DNA from: Octopus bimaculoides
Taxonomy: Eukaryota
Length of the DNA: 63,555 nt
Direction of reading: 5' to 3'
NCBI RefSeq assembly: GCF_001194135.2
Contig: NC_068983.1
Coordinates: 1,864,308-1,927,862, forward strand
Shown piece by piece: positions 24,291-38,672 of the stretch (positions within the stretch are counted from its first letter, which is position 1; every line of letters begins with the position of its first letter). Under the pieces are notes generated by a model, which was given only the letters and a program-made list of their open reading frames with translations, did no database searches and was not told where the DNA came from. Both the position numbers and the translations under genes were made by a program.

Positions 24291-25638
24291 TGTGTCTGTG
24301 CATCGACAAATTTGTCAGCATCCGTTTACTTCTTATATTAAACATTCTACGCAGTCATGTCAACTAAGTTGCTGACAGATATAACTGCTGGGGCTGAAAT
24401 TTCTGAAGCACGTGATCCAGCATGAATGCAGATAAATTTCTGGAAAAAAGTTAAATAATGCGAGAATAAAATACAAATATTAAAGAAACTCATGAGTTGA
24501 CTGACTACAAGACATTATTAAGAATTAATTAGAATATAAACAGGGAGAAATATTCAATGATGAAAATATTTTCACAAAATTACACTGGTTTGTAAGTGGT
24601 TTCGATAGATAATTCTGTGGTAAGTATTGGAAATATATAGTTGATGCCAATATAATCAAATATTGATATGCGTAAATTCCATCTGTAACAGGTTTCTTCC
24701 ACTTGGATATTCTGTAATATATAAATAAATAAATAAAAAATAGACGGACTTTCTATGTAAACTCCGATTACACCATGAACTCGTCATGTGAGCTTAAACA
24801 ACTCCGCATATTCCCAGGCAAATCCTATGCCAGCGCATGTGAAAGATAATCCGATGGAGCTAATCCGGTTTAAATGTTGGCAATACCTATCACAGCACCT
24901 CATGTTGGATACATCAAAAATTGTCGCCGATGCCATGGGGCAGTAATCACTTCCTGTATGCGAAAATCAGTCGGCTTCTAATATAATATTGTCAGTTATT
25001 AAATGAAAATTTATATCAATAGCAAGNNNNNNNNNNNNNNNNNNNNNNNNNNNNNNNNNNNNNNNNNNNNNNNNNNNNNNNNNNNNNNNNNNNNNNNNNN
25101 NNNNNNNNNNNNNNNNNNNNNNNNNNNNNNNNNNNNNNNNNNNNNNNNNNNNNNNNNNNNNNNNNNNNNNNNNNNNNNNNNNNNNNNNNNNNNNNNNNNN
25201 NNNNNNNNNNNNNNNNNNNNNNNNNNNNNNNNNNNNNNNNNNNNNNNNNNNNNNNNNNNNNNNNNNNNNNNNNNNNNNNNNNNNNNNNNNNNNNNNNNNN
25301 NNNNNNNNNNNNNNNNNNNNNNNNNNNNNNNNNNNNNNNNNNNNNNNNNNNNNNNNNNNNNNNNNNNNNNNNNNNNNNNNNNNNNNNNNNNNNNNNNNNN
25401 NNNNNNNNNNNNNNNNNNNNNNNNNNNNNNNNNNNNNNNNNNNNNNNNNNNNNNNNNNNNNNNNNNNNNNNNNNNNNNNNNNNNNNNNNNNNNNNNNNNN
25501 NNNNNNNNNNNNNNNNNNNNNNNNNNNNNNNNNNNNNNNNNNNNNNNNNNNNNNNNNNNNNNNNNNNNNNNNNNNNNNNNNNNNNNNNNNNNNNNNNNNN
25601 NNNNNNNNNNNNNNNNNNATATATATAATGTATGTATG

Positions 25639-25687
<49 letters not shown>

Positions 25688-25689
25688 GT

Positions 25690-25870
25690 AAACGTCTAAA
25701 CTTTTTGAAATTTCTCTTTTTCATACTCCATGCTTCACCGCTAAATCCACAAGTTTTTTTTTATTCTCTCTCTGCTTATTTTCCCTTATTTCTTCCTGTT
25801 AAAGTGCGTAGGCTCGAAACATAACACTTTCTCACTTTCCCGAGCGTGAAACTAATACACCCGCTTGTCG
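25690..25870 (+). repeat. CTGTT-variant hammerhead-like repeat, decayed copy
   Basis: cctgttaaagtgcgtaggctcgaaacataac..cccgagcgtgaaactaatacac matches 4790-4935. Confidence 0.65.
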
Positions 25871-26515
25871 AACTATTCAGGTATCTGCAGTTATTCTCTC
25901 CAGATTTCAAGTTCATGTATATACCTGTAATTACTGGGGCACTTGGATGCATAACACACTGCCTAAATAACATTCTTGAGAAATTAGGCTTCTCACAACC
26001 AGAAAGGAGAAAAGTAATTTAAAGTCTACTGATCCAATCCATCACTGGAATTGTAAAAATATGTACAACTTTTCAGAAGTTTATCATTTTAGTATATATG
26101 AACATATGTAGATATGCACTTATATGCATGAGAAGACATACATATCTGCACGGATACCTACATACATACACACATGCATGAGAAGACATACATATCTGCA
26201 CGGATACCTACATACATACACACATGCATGAGAAGACATACATATCTGCACGTATGCATACATGCATGCATACATACATGCATACGTGCACACATACATG
26301 CATGCATACGTACACACACACATACATGCATGCATACGTACATGCATACGTACATACGTACATACATCCAAAAATACATACCTACACACAAAAATACCCT
26401 GTTGTTGATGTTGAAATTGCAATGAAGGAGCTTTGGATCTAGGTTAGAAACTGGCTCTTTCTCTATTGGCAAGAAATCTTGAAATGAAACTGAAGAATTG
26501 CATACATACATACAG
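25870..26515 (+). mobile_element. R4/Dong-type LINE 3' end (ORF C-terminus plus 3' UTR)
   Basis: 25875-26030 matches 43370-43530; UTR aaaataccctgttgttgatgttgaaatt..ctattggcaagaaatcttgaaat ends in (CATA)n. Confidence 0.75.
26124..26252 (+). repeat. Perfect 50-bp tandem repeat, ~2.6 copies
   Basis: Unit atgcatgagaagacatacatatctgcacggatacctacatacatacacac starts at 26124, 26174 and 26224. Confidence 0.92.
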
Positions 26516-27189
26516 TGATTGTTCCATCTTCACAAATGATTGGCGCTCACTGAACATTTTCGCTGTCAATGGAATTTTCTACATTCCGTGCATGCCTATT
26601 TAGTCTTGCTGCCATATGCACGATTTGAGACAAAAGGTAACAGACGAAAATAATAACTTCCGCTAGATTAATCGGTTCATTTTGTGAGATACGATACCTG
26701 TAGACTACAATATATCTTTATATTCCTGAAATTAACTTACAAGCCTTTTCACACACTTCATACATCGAATCACCAGGTATAGGAGGATGGAATGTGCATA
26801 CAGTTGATATTTCATGGGACTTCATATGGTTGACATTCGCAATCTTTGAAAAGATTGCGTGGCTACACGTTTCACACATATCCAATACTTTCTAGCCCCA
26901 TTGTGGTTCTGATGACAGCCCATCCAAATCAAATGCTTTAGTATTACAAGTCTATTATAACATTCCGTAATACGCTTAATCCACTTAATCCACTCAGCTC
27001 TTTCCAAAGATACTTCTTCGCAGTTCTTTCCATTTTCCTTCGAGTTGATTCATTTCATAGACGTTCTTCATATACCTTTCATTATACATCTATACAGAAA
27101 GAATTTTACATGATTGCACTTCTGTTTGGGGCTTCTCCACATCTCATGTCCTACATACGTTTATATATTTCCTTTCGTTAGTAATGCTT

Positions 27190-27515
27190 AGGTGCAGGAC
27201 TCCCTGTATGGAAAGTAGCTTGCTTACCGACCACATGCTTCTGGGTTCAGTCCCATTGCGTGGCACCTTTCCACTACAGCCTCGGGTCGACCAAAGAAGG
27301 CCTGCGTATGTAAATATGTGTTTGTCCTGCTAAGATTGCTTGACAACCGATGCTGTTTTTTTTACGTTCCCATAATTTAGCGAATCGCCTAAAGACACCG
27401 ATAGAATAAGTACTAGGCTTATAAAGAATAAGTCCTGGGGTCGATTTTTTCTACTAAAGGTGGTGCTCCTGCATGGCTGCATTGAAAATGACTGAAACAA
27501 TAAAAGGATAAAATA
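27190..27515 (+). mobile_element. tRNA-derived SINE, family 3, near full length
   Basis: Head with gggttcagtccc and conserved tail gctcc-gcatggc-gca..atgactgaaacaa-taaaag. Confidence 0.85.
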
Positions 27516-28120
27516 ACACATACACACACGTGTGTGTGTGTGTACATTCAGCTTAACCAGTCTTGCTGTTATGTCTATTACTCAATCGACAGTTAAATAA
27601 TTACTAAAATTCTGCTAAAATTTCTTCGTACCGCATTAACATCAATGATTCTGTTGAAAGAAATTATTCATTCACTAAACAGCTGTTGACTGCTCAGGTT
27701 TTTGTCTCTTACTTATATCTATATATATGCGGGAGTTTGCGTATGTGTGTCCTTGTTTGCTTTGTGTGAATGCCTAAATATATGCATATGTATATAAATC
27801 ATACATGTATCATATGAATATTTATATATATAAAGTAGAGGGGGAGACAGAAGGAGACGCACACACACACACACACACACACAGACACAGACACAGACAC
27901 AGACACACACACACACAAGTGGGTTCTATGTAAGCCATAGTTGCGGAACACTGCTATTAAACTGCTGTAAAATATATAGATGTTATATTTTCTTTTGTCC
28001 GATTTTATCCTGTAATCTGATGGTGAGCTAAATGCTGGTATAATAAATTCTAAGTTGTGAAACACACAAGTTTGTATTAAATGAATATAAAAACTTATTT
28101 CTGCTCTTGTTATGTGTGTG

Positions 28121-28159
<39 letters not shown>

Positions 28160-31100
28160 AAATGTATGGGCATGTGTGAATGTGTCAGTATGTGTGTGAA
28201 TGTGTTTCTTCGTGTGTGTTTGAAATGAGAAACTTTATTACATACGAATGTGTTTTATAATATTACCAATGATTGCTATTTGGTTGCTAAATGGAATTAT
28301 AATTTTAGATTTAATAGAAGTTGCGTGCAGAATAGTCGCCTATTGACTGCTGTATTTTTGCTAATCTCCATTGTGTTAATATCTCTACGATAGAAATTCC
28401 ATTCCACAATGTTATACCATTTCACCTTTCGCGTGATATTATTTAAGTGATAGAAATTTCTGATACACTAAACATTTAGCAGATTTCTGTTAGATAATGA
28501 ACAAAGTTGATAGGAATACAAATGAAAGTATATGAGAACGGCTCCTCCTTTCTGACGTGAATCTGAATACTACAAGTGGAATTGAAGTTTACGGGTTCTC
28601 TAATGTGTATATAATATGCTCCGAAAACGTACCACTGACGTGAGTACCATTCCGATGCGTTTTTTGTTTACTTTAAAATAAAACAAACAGGGATTTCTGA
28701 CAGCAGAACAATTCTAAATTTCTCTTGTCAGGTTCAGCTTTATTTACTGACCTGCACAATATATTTTTGGGCTGAATAAGGAAATGGATATTCAATTGTG
28801 ATACTGTCAGGAACAAAAATGGCAATTATAACGTTTCTATAGAAAGCACGTGCAACTCCTGGATGCCAATTCTCCTCCTTTAACAATACGAAGAAGGGAA
28901 GCTACGTCTGCTAACAAAAGTGATATAGAACTATGAGTAACACCAGAGTAATTTATAGATAAGGAGCATCTCATTTAAAAGGTAAACAGCTGTAAGATGC
29001 TAAATGGAAGCGTCCTGTAGAACCCAAAGCAGGAAAAATGAACCAAACAAGACAGAAATATTTGTACCAGGAAATAGAATTTGAATACTAGTTATTGGTA
29101 CGTTTATTGATTCACTTAAGAAACCGGTGATTTCTTTGCAAAATGCCCCACCTGAGAAACATCAAAATGTATATTTATTAACACGCAATTTCACATCGAG
29201 AATAAGTTCACAAAAATGAAATACTTTCACTTTATGTTCCAAATACTGGGTGTATAACGTGGCTCTCAGCGGTATCCACGATTCCGAAAGCTTTAACTCA
29301 CTTCTTGCCATGAATGTGCACAGCCGATTGTAAATAATACTGTAGAAAGCTGATAGATTCTAGTCACGCTAACATAAAATATAAATAGACTTTTAGGTGA
29401 TTGGAACGTAGGACAGAAAACACCGAAGACTATACATAGTGAATCATGTAGGCTTTCTACCTCGTGCATCGGCCAAACACAGCGCCTTCTATATTTTAAA
29501 AGGAATTCTTTAGAGAACGAAAACAATCAGTACCAGCAAGGGAAATCGATTAAATTTACAACCAAACATTACTGGTTCTTATTGAATTGATTGGAATTAT
29601 GAAAATCAATGGAGACTCCAACGGGATTTCATCTGAACGCTTTCGGAGGAGGAAAGAAAATTCTGTGATATTTCATCCTAGTGCGTTCAGGCAATTTCTA
29701 ACAATTTTCCCCCTTGTGAAGTTAACTTATTGCTTTTCGTTTGACGAGGCAGATGTCTAATATATAAACGGGTGGCTGCAACGCTCTGTACAACAGGCTG
29801 AAATCTTTTAATAGTACTTAGCTTGATTAACCCCTAAATTGGTAAAATACAAAGAGGAGTCCAGTGGGATGTGAACATTATGTCACATCAACAAATACAA
29901 GGACCAAAACAACGAAATTATGTTTATTATTGAGACTCACCTATTCATGCTTCAGTATCAAATATTTATATTGTTCCACACAAACACGAAAAAAAAAAAA
30001 AAGAAACAGTAAGCTTCATATATTTTTATCCATTTTTTTTATAGGAATGATTTATGGAAAATTACATCGACTTTCAAGTTTCCTATCATCTTTTCTCTCT
30101 ATAATTTTTCATAATTTATGTTTCTCCTTTTATTATACGATTTTATTTCATTTTGTATATATTTTTTATCGCTTCTGTTCATGTTTCTCTAGCTACGATA
30201 TCGTCTTATGCAGAAATCAACATTTTCGTTTTGCGTTCTGTATTCTCATATATTTTTCCGCCTTCTTTCTCCATACTAAATCACCTCTTCGTTATACATC
30301 ATTCCTACGCTCCGTTTTTGCAACCTTTCTTAGCTGAATTAGGTGATGTATTCGTTCGCAGATAAAATCTCTTTTGGCCGTAGTGTATTAAATAACACAA
30401 ATATTTGAGTAACGGACGAAAATTGTACGGCAGCGGTGATAAAATTCTGTACATATATGATATATAAATGGTTATTTTCATTTAATATTGCTTCTGCATA
30501 GAAGCATATGTATGTGTGTGTATAAGTGTGTATTTTTGTATACGGTTGATTGTTTGTGTCTGTATATGTGATAGCACGTACACATCCTGTATTATTAATC
30601 CACACTTTTAATAATTAAAAATATCTGCTTCCAGCACAATATATTTCCTTATATTTATCTTTGAAATTCCCATTGACCAAGTTTTGTAACAACCTTATAA
30701 ACACATACACTAACACATCTACATTCGCTTTTCTCTGCTTTTTTTCTCATAATGTTCAGCACTAGCACAATCCTGGTACGCAGATTTAGGCGCTTACAAA
30801 AACAATTTGACTTTGCCCTTCATTTGCGGAGAGTGAATTGATTAAAAACATTCTATTATCAACAAAACTAACATAATTACCTGTCTGTCTTAGCTTCCAA
30901 TCATTCTCGATTTCTCAAGCCCCACAATATGACAGAAGCTGAAGCACTGTTCATGAATATACGGAAATGCATGCATTACATTTGTTGTCATATAGATGTA
31001 AATAGGTGCATAGATAGACACACACGCGCACACGCACACACGCACGTCTTTCGACATAGGACGAATCAAATTTAGCTGCCGTTTTTGAAGTGAAAGCCTA

Positions 31101-31287
31101 AAGGCAGAAACATAGGAGGCTAGAGGTGTTGGTGGTCGGCAGTCAGGCCAAGAAATGTGACAGAGAGGGGACGCGAGAAAAAGAAAAGAGGAAGAAAGTA
31201 TGAGAGGGACTAAAAGATAGAATAAGTGTAGTACAAAATTTAGATACATACCCATTATAAGATGAGCACAACTGTATACGTACGCCG

Positions 31288-31336
<49 letters not shown>

Positions 31337-31338
31337 GT

Positions 31339-31705
31339 GGAGGAGGCCCAGTGGTTAGGACAGCGGACTCGCGGTCATAGGATTGCGGTTTCGATTCTCA
31401 TACCGGACGTTGTAAGTGTTTATTGAGCGAAAACACCTAAAGCTTGAAGAGGCTCCGGCAGGGGATGGTGGTGAACCCTGCTCTACTCTTTCACCACAAC
31501 TTTCTCTCGCTCTTACTTCCTGTTTCAGTTGTTCCTGTAATCCAAAGGGTCGCACTGTGTGACGCTGAATATCTCCGAGAACTACGTTATGGGTACACGT
31601 GTATGTGGAGTACTCAGCCACTTGCACGTTAATTTCAAGAGCAGGCTGTTTCGTTGATCGGATCACCTGGAACCCTCGACGTCGTAAGTGACTGAGTGCC
31701 AACAA
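31339..31705 (+). mobile_element. tRNA-derived SINE, family 5
   Basis: A-box-like GGCCCAGTGGTTAG and B-box-like GGTTTCGATTC, GC-richer body, bounded by (AT)n and (CA)n. Confidence 0.65.
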
Positions 31706-31727
31706 GAACACACACACACACACACAC

Positions 31728-32012
31728 TTTACCAAATCCAATCACAAGGCTTTGTATGTATGTATGTATGTATGTATGTATGAAGGAAACTGAAAGGAGT
31801 CCATCGATAATGTGTGTGTTTGTCCCCACACCATCGATTGATAACCGATGTTGGTGTGTTTATTTCCCCGCAAACTAGCAGTTCGGCAAAATGGACGGAT
31901 AGAATAAGAACTAAGCTTACAATGAATAAGTCCTGGAGTCGATGTGTTCGAGTAAAGGCGGTACTCCAGCATGTCGGCAGTAAAATTACTGAAACAAGTA
32001 AAAGAATAAATG
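31728..32012 (+). mobile_element. SINE family 3, 3' half
   Basis: Matches 27300-27515; begins with a short inverted piece of the family-3 middle (accaaatcc-atcacaaggctttg). Confidence 0.75.
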
Positions 32013-32020
32013 AATATATT

Positions 32021-32065
<45 letters not shown>

Positions 32066-32323
32066 ATAGATCATCAGTGGATCTTATATCCGAAAAAAAG
32101 CATCCGCTAAACGTTACAGCAGCCATGTATCATGTATTTAGAGGAAGTTAATTATTTGGCCTGCCATAGAGTGACCGATGGTCTGGCATCCATAGAACGC
32201 TCAGGTTCCAATTGCCGTGGACAACCTCTTTCAAATCTGCAGATACAAAACTGTCTATAGGTCTAAGCTTTTTGTGGATGCAAAAGAATTGATCATTCTT
32301 AGACTGTCCATATAATTAACTTC

Positions 32324-32387
<64 letters not shown>

Positions 32388-32789
32388 GTGCATGCATGAA
32401 TACATACATACGTAATACATTAATAATAGCAACACGCAAAATAACACATTGATGTTTAGTAAGGAAACAGATGTACATACAGTCACACTCAAACTACACA
32501 TTTACGCATAATTTGTACAGTTATTTTGTACAGGGTTATATTTCAACTCGACATGGTCTTACCCATATTTCTCAATTAGCGATATTTTCTTTTTTTCTAT
32601 CTTTTCTTGAATTTCTGCAAAAATGAATGTTTGGAAACACCAAAATTATTTCAATTAACTCATTCTCAGATTAAGTGAAAAATAATGTTAATAAAAAATG
32701 CGTTGTCATTTTGTCTTTGTTGTTATTTGCTGCATGTCTTATTAAGCCAGTGAAACAGAATGAAACGCAACTGGAACTTAGCGTGAAGA

Positions 32790-33190
32790 AGAAAAATATA
32801 CCTGCAGCCCTTATTGTTATGGATTTTACAAATGCTTTTGATTCGATCCATTTAGGGAAAATGGGAGAGTTATTGCCAGTATATGGAATTCCTGGAAACA
32901 CTTGAATGATATCATGATGTTATATCAGAATACTAAAGCTAGAGTTTCTACTAACATAGATACAGCATGGATGCTACAAGGAGTGATACCGTCTCTTTAT
33001 ATCCTTTCCTAATATGCCTAGATTATGTTCTAAGGAAAGCTCTGAACTCAAACTTATCAGCCATGTTTGAGAGAAAAGAAGTGAAAAATATCCTGCAAAG
33101 AAAGTTACTGAAGTAGATTGTGCCAAAGGTCAGGCAAGGGTCAGTGATATTATGGAAGATGTCAGTATCTTTCAAAGTCTAGATTACATA
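32790..33190 (+). mobile_element. RTE-clade LINE RT fragment (degenerate)
   Basis: MDFTNAFDSIHLGKMGELLPVYGIP followed by broken LQG and LICLDYVLRKAL motifs. Confidence 0.75.
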
Positions 33191-33257
33191 CCGATGCTGC
33201 GAAAACAAAATATAACCCTTACAACAGCAATACACTCACACATACACACACACGCAT

Positions 33258-33366
33258 ATGTGTGTGTGCGTTTTTCTGTGTGTGTGTGTGCTTGTGTTTG
33301 TGTTATTTATTTTGTGTGTTTCCGTGTTTGAGTGTGTTATTTGTTTGTTTGTGTGTGTTGTTTGTT

Positions 33367-33406
<40 letters not shown>

Positions 33407-33430
33407 TGTGTGTGTGTGTGTGTGTGTGTT
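33258..33430. repeat. (TG)n / (TTTG)n compound microsatellite
   Basis: Visible directly; explains the VC-rich ORFs. Confidence 0.95.
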
Positions 33431-33820
33431 TGGGTGTTCAAAATGAATGTATGTGATCACAGATACAGTCAAGAATAATACGCATTGTGTTTATATATAC
33501 TGAGAGAGATCGATAGGTAATGATCGATATATATGATTTTCATGGATTCACCGCGTTTGTGCATCTATATTCATAGTTCAGAAACTCAACTTTGTGACAA
33601 TTGATACGTTGTTGACTTACATTAAGTCTAGAATCATAGAATGTTTTAGGCAAATAAAGAAGGAAAACATTGTGCTTGGTTGAGATGAAAATTTAAACAT
33701 AATTATACAACTTGATAACCATGTGAAGTAAAATATAAATGCGATATGTATGAGTCCATTGTATATTATGTCGAAGAATTGCTTACGGATATGATGTGAA
33801 TACAGTAACTATTTTACTTG

Positions 33821-33858
<38 letters not shown>

Positions 33859-34602
33859 CATTCATACATGCAGACAGACATACATCTGTATATATATATA
33901 TATATAATGTATGTATATATACATGCATATATGGGTACGGGGCGTCAAACAAACGTGAACAAAATGGGAAACGAGAATATAAAAAACAAAAGCATGGAAA
34001 GCGAACTGTTTTTCGAACAACGAAGGAAACAAACAGAGAAACGCGACGGGCGATATAAAGAACATCCCTTCATCAGTTTTCCATTATCTCCTTCTCTTGT
34101 TCTTGTTTCTATTTTTTGTCTCCCGCCGTTTCTCTAATTCTTCTCCTCTCCCCTTCATCGTACCCTCTCTCTCTCTCCCTCTCACGCTTTCTCTTTGAAT
34201 ATCACGTTGCTCATACGTAACTAACGACCTTCCATCTTTTTTCCACTTCCTTCCTAAAGACAAGACGTACTCTTACCTGTCTCTTTTCAAAGCTCGTTTT
34301 TCCAGTGTTCGGCACTTTACCTCGTTATGGCTCAACACAATACAACATACACAAGCTAAATAACATAAAACTCAAAAGGATAAAACAGTGGGGGCTTACG
34401 GACAAACCCCAATTCATAACACAAAAAACAACGATGGAATGTTGCAACTAGGAAAAATAAAATCTCACCAATAACAAAAACGGGCCCAAGCAGACTCATG
34501 CAATTTGCAGTCCAATCCATACCTAAGGAAAATGAAAACGCAGTTACAAGAAGAACAAATAGACCCCCAGTAACTCCGCGTTATAGAACCGGAAGAGATG
34601 AT

Positions 34603-34829
34603 AAAGTCGACGAGCTGGCAGAATCGTTAGCCGTTGGGCGAAATGCTTCGCGGCATTTCGTCCGTCTTTACGTTCCGAGTTCAAATTCTGGCGAAGTCGA
34701 CTTCTCCTTTTATCCCTTTGGAGTCGATAAATTAAGTACCAGTGAAACACTAGGGTCGGTGTAATTGACTAGTTCGTTCCCCACAAATTTCAGTCCGTGT
34801 ACTTTTAAGAGAAAGGATGAATATTATTG
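34603..34829 (+). mobile_element. SINE family 2
   Basis: gagctggcagaatcgttagc..gagttcaaattc..gtcgataaattaagtaccag; homologous to 2712-2936. Confidence 0.8.
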
Positions 34830-35112
34830 ATATGTGAGTGTGTGTGCGTGAGTTTGTGTGTGAGTATGCAAATCACTTGGCAAAAATGCTTGAACCATGA
34901 ACAGTATTTAAAGTGAGATGGTTTTTAATATGTTATTAATTCAAAATAATATTTATGAAGTAGAGTACCTCAAACCTTTTGGTACAGTGGGTGTTTTTTT
35001 GTGCTAGCGCTTTCATTAGTCAACCTTTTAAACAATTAAAGCGCATGCACAGAATAGATAATATCTTTCCCATAAGTTTAACTTGTTAAAATTCTTTTTA
35101 ATCACATACATA

Positions 35113-35144
<32 letters not shown>

Positions 35145-35456
35145 NNNNNNNNNNNNNNNNNNNNNNNNNNNNNNNNNNNNNNNNNNNNNNNNNNNNNNNN
35201 NNNNNNNNNNNNNNNNNNNNNNNNNNNNNNNNNNNNNNNNNNNNNNNNNNNNNNNNNNNNNNNNNNNNNNNNNNNNNNNNNNNNNNNNNNNNNNNNNNNN
35301 NNNNNNNNNNNNNNNNNNNNNNNNNNNNNNNNNNNNNNNNNNNNNNNNNNNNNNNNNNNNNNNNNNNNNNNNNNNNNNNNNNNNNNNNNNNNNNNNNNNN
35401 NNNNNNNNNNNNNNNNNNNNNNNNNNNNNNNNNNNNNNNNNNNNNNNNNNNNNNNN

Positions 35457-35497
<41 letters not shown>

Positions 35498-35499
<2 letters not shown>

Positions 35500-35680
35500 C
35501 GCTAGCATAGCTTCGTGTTAAGAAGCTTGCTTCTTAAATACTTGGTGCTGGGTTCAGTCCCACTGCGTGGCATCTTGGTCGAGTGAATTGTACTATTGCT
35601 TCGAGCCGACCAAAGCTTTGTGTGTTGAACTGGTAGGCCGAAAATGAAAGAAGCCCGTCGTATATGTGTAAGTGTGGTGA
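35498..35680 (+). mobile_element. SINE family 3, 5' half
   Basis: gggttcagtcccactgcgtggca..ccgaccaaagc..aaagaagcccgtcgtata. Confidence 0.75.
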
Positions 35681-38672
35681 TAAGTAAATTGTCATTCGTT
35701 CGTGTTGCGTCAGAACATGACAATATAGTTCCTTTATATTCTTTTTCTTGATCGCAAATGTAGGTAATATGAAATTTACTGTATCTAGGATATTAAATAC
35801 CTAGAATAAGTGGAGGATGTGATTACATACTTTTCGTTGTTTTCTATGGTTATATTTCAGAGAATTTTGTGGATAATGTTTTTTAAACATTTTTCATTTT
35901 ATAATAAAACCGCACTGTGAAAATCAAATTTAATACGAAATGTTGCAATGTTATTAAACAAACGAGTCTTTTGACAGATTTAAAGCCAAGCGGAAAGGAA
36001 ATTTCGAGTATGTTAATAAAGGCAACTAAAGTGTCGCCATTTTGGTCTTCTTGTATTACGATTACAAATCCTTAAATCTTTGCCAAAAGCTTGCAGTATT
36101 GAAATTACACTTGCCAAAACCTGAATTGCCAATAACGTAGGTAAAATCTGTATCCACTATTATTGGTATAGAAAGGCTTGAGTAGAATTATGTAGATATA
36201 TCAATGATTTTATAATGACGGCACATTCGTGAAGTGGAATTGTTATTGGTCATGATTTAAGTCTAAACTTTTGATCCGTTTCTGAACAATAAAATGTAGT
36301 TTAAAATTGTACGAAGGAATGCAAAAACAAAAAGAACTACTTATATGCAGTGGCATGAGGTTTAAGAGCTTCACTCCTTAACTATGTGGTTTCTATCTCA
36401 TTGCCTGGTACACTTGGCAAATATCTTTTTCCCGGTGCTCCAAATTGACAGAATCATCCTGGGGAAGATTTACTATGAATCGTGCTGTGCAGTTCCTCTT
36501 TTCTGGGTCGAAATACTTAACCTAGTGCCTGGTCTTGAAGGTTTGGTGTGTTTAGTGGAGTAAACTCTAGTGAGAATTCGTATCTCTATTCTTCGCAATA
36601 ATGTCAGTATCTCTGGACAAAACTTCATGATCTGCTTCGTATGTGTGTTTGTGAACAAATATAAGCTGTCTAGATAGACGCTCACATACGGGGGCGAAAT
36701 AATAAAAGGGAGGGAGAGAGAGAGAAAGTTTATGCGCGTGTCTTTATGTGTGAATGCCTATATGCCTTATAAATACATGTGCGCACACGGACACATACGG
36801 GGACGAAACAATAAGAGGGGGAGTGAGAGCCATACATACACACACACAGAGACAGATACTGAGAGTATCTGTGCGCGTGTCTTTGTATGGATGTATGTGT
36901 GACTGTATGTGTCTGCATGTGTGTTTGTGTTTATGTGCACGCCTGCGTGTGTATATGAGAACGTGCATGTATGTGAGTGTGTGTGCGCGTGCGCGCTTGA
37001 ATTTGTCATATTTACATTTGTACGGTAACAAATCAATAACTGAAAACTTGATTGTAATAGATATCCCTATTGAACTTATTTCTTTCTTGGCTTTAAGTGT
37101 TGACAAGGTTTCGCGCCTGCCTCTTCAGAAGAATCTCATTGAATGGGATGTCGGGCTGTGTTTAAGTTGTCAATATATGGATTTTCATTCGGGAAAATAC
37201 TGCGTTGTGATTTCCAAGTCATGGGAAATCTGCCAATTCATGAGATCGTTCTCATTTATGTCCGTGTCACGTGACACAGGATGCGTTCAAAGTGTAGCCG
37301 TGTGGAAGCTTAGAATGTTTTTCTCTGTGAATCTTTTATCATTTGACCTGGAATATTTCCAAACGCGTACAATATCTTCTTATATATTAATTAAACAATG
37401 GATAGAAATTCAATATAATTGAGTAAAGTGTTGTTATTGGTTGGCTGTGTCCAATATCTGAAGAATGTTGCAATTGAGTGTGATAGTCCGATGTTTGGCG
37501 GGGCAAGTGAACAGAAATCTGGAGGACTTCTGACCACTCAGTTAATTTATACAAAATAGCAGCAAGGATGTAATTGGGGTTTCAGCTTAAATGATCTCGG
37601 TTATGCTTCAAATAGTCTAAGCAAGTCTGAATACGTCTAACTGCCTCCCCACTATTAACTGAAATGTTTAAAACCACATAAGTTACTGAGCCAGTGTTGT
37701 CTTCGCCTCACCAGCATAGATCTGTTGATTTTAATGTTTAATGCTTCTTGCATGAAATATAACATTAAAATAGATATTTATTTTACAACTGAACCATTTA
37801 ATACAATATTCCGTCTTTTAATTCATAGAATTATTGTACGCTAAATCATATAATTATTGTTAACTCTGATTCACACGCAAGAGAAGACTATATCAATGGA
37901 TAAATGTTCTTATAACAATTCTATTTATAGCATATTTTAAATCCCTCTCAATCCGATAATTAATGCTTTGGGTTCAGAAACTAAACCTCAAGTATTTTAT
38001 GTTCTAAAAACTCATAGTATGAAAGACACATGCCATTAGAGAATACCTACTTACAAAGAAAGTAATCACATATGATCACATCATTGATCATCGATCTATT
38101 TCCTGTTTTAAGACTTCCATATATTAACAGAAACACTACAGATTTTCTGACGCCATACAATAATATGTAAACCAATAATTTGATTCTTGAAATCACAGAG
38201 TTGTCTTCACTGTTTTACCATAATTATTGGAACTTTTTTGTATTATTTTAATGTTTAACATTAGCGTCCTTTAATTATATATTATGTATTCCTGGGTAGC
38301 AAACTTATAATTTAAGGAAGTCCAGAGCATAATGACCTGCGTTTCACACCCCTTAATTTCTTTCTCTGTACATGTGTGTATGTGACAGTATATCATATTA
38401 CGTGTGTGTGTATGTGTGTACAGGAAATATAGAAAAAAAGAGATAAACGCTCAAGATGTTATTAAATCATTTATATCTTCAGAACGTTTGTCTCCTTTTT
38501 CTATTTTCCCTATTTTCCTCCTAACTATATCTTGCTTGTCCCCGGATTCGAATTTCACACAAGTGTTTCCATTGTTTCCTAGGACACATAGGCGGCATTT
38601 AGCTACCTTGTAATTATTCCCTCGGATTCTTCTTATATATTGTACACTCATATATATATATATATATATAGT

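Noticed and set aside
25003-25824. Long ORFs spanning N runs (also 9528, 35083, 38717, 53790, 6046)
   Set aside because: Artefacts of assembly gaps at 6096-6195, 9595-9953, 25027-25618, 35145-35456, 38945-39307, 47585-47603 and 53962-54110.
36754-37422. 222-aa ORF
   Set aside because: The first third is (TG)n-type sequence and the remainder has no recognisable domain or clear splice boundaries.
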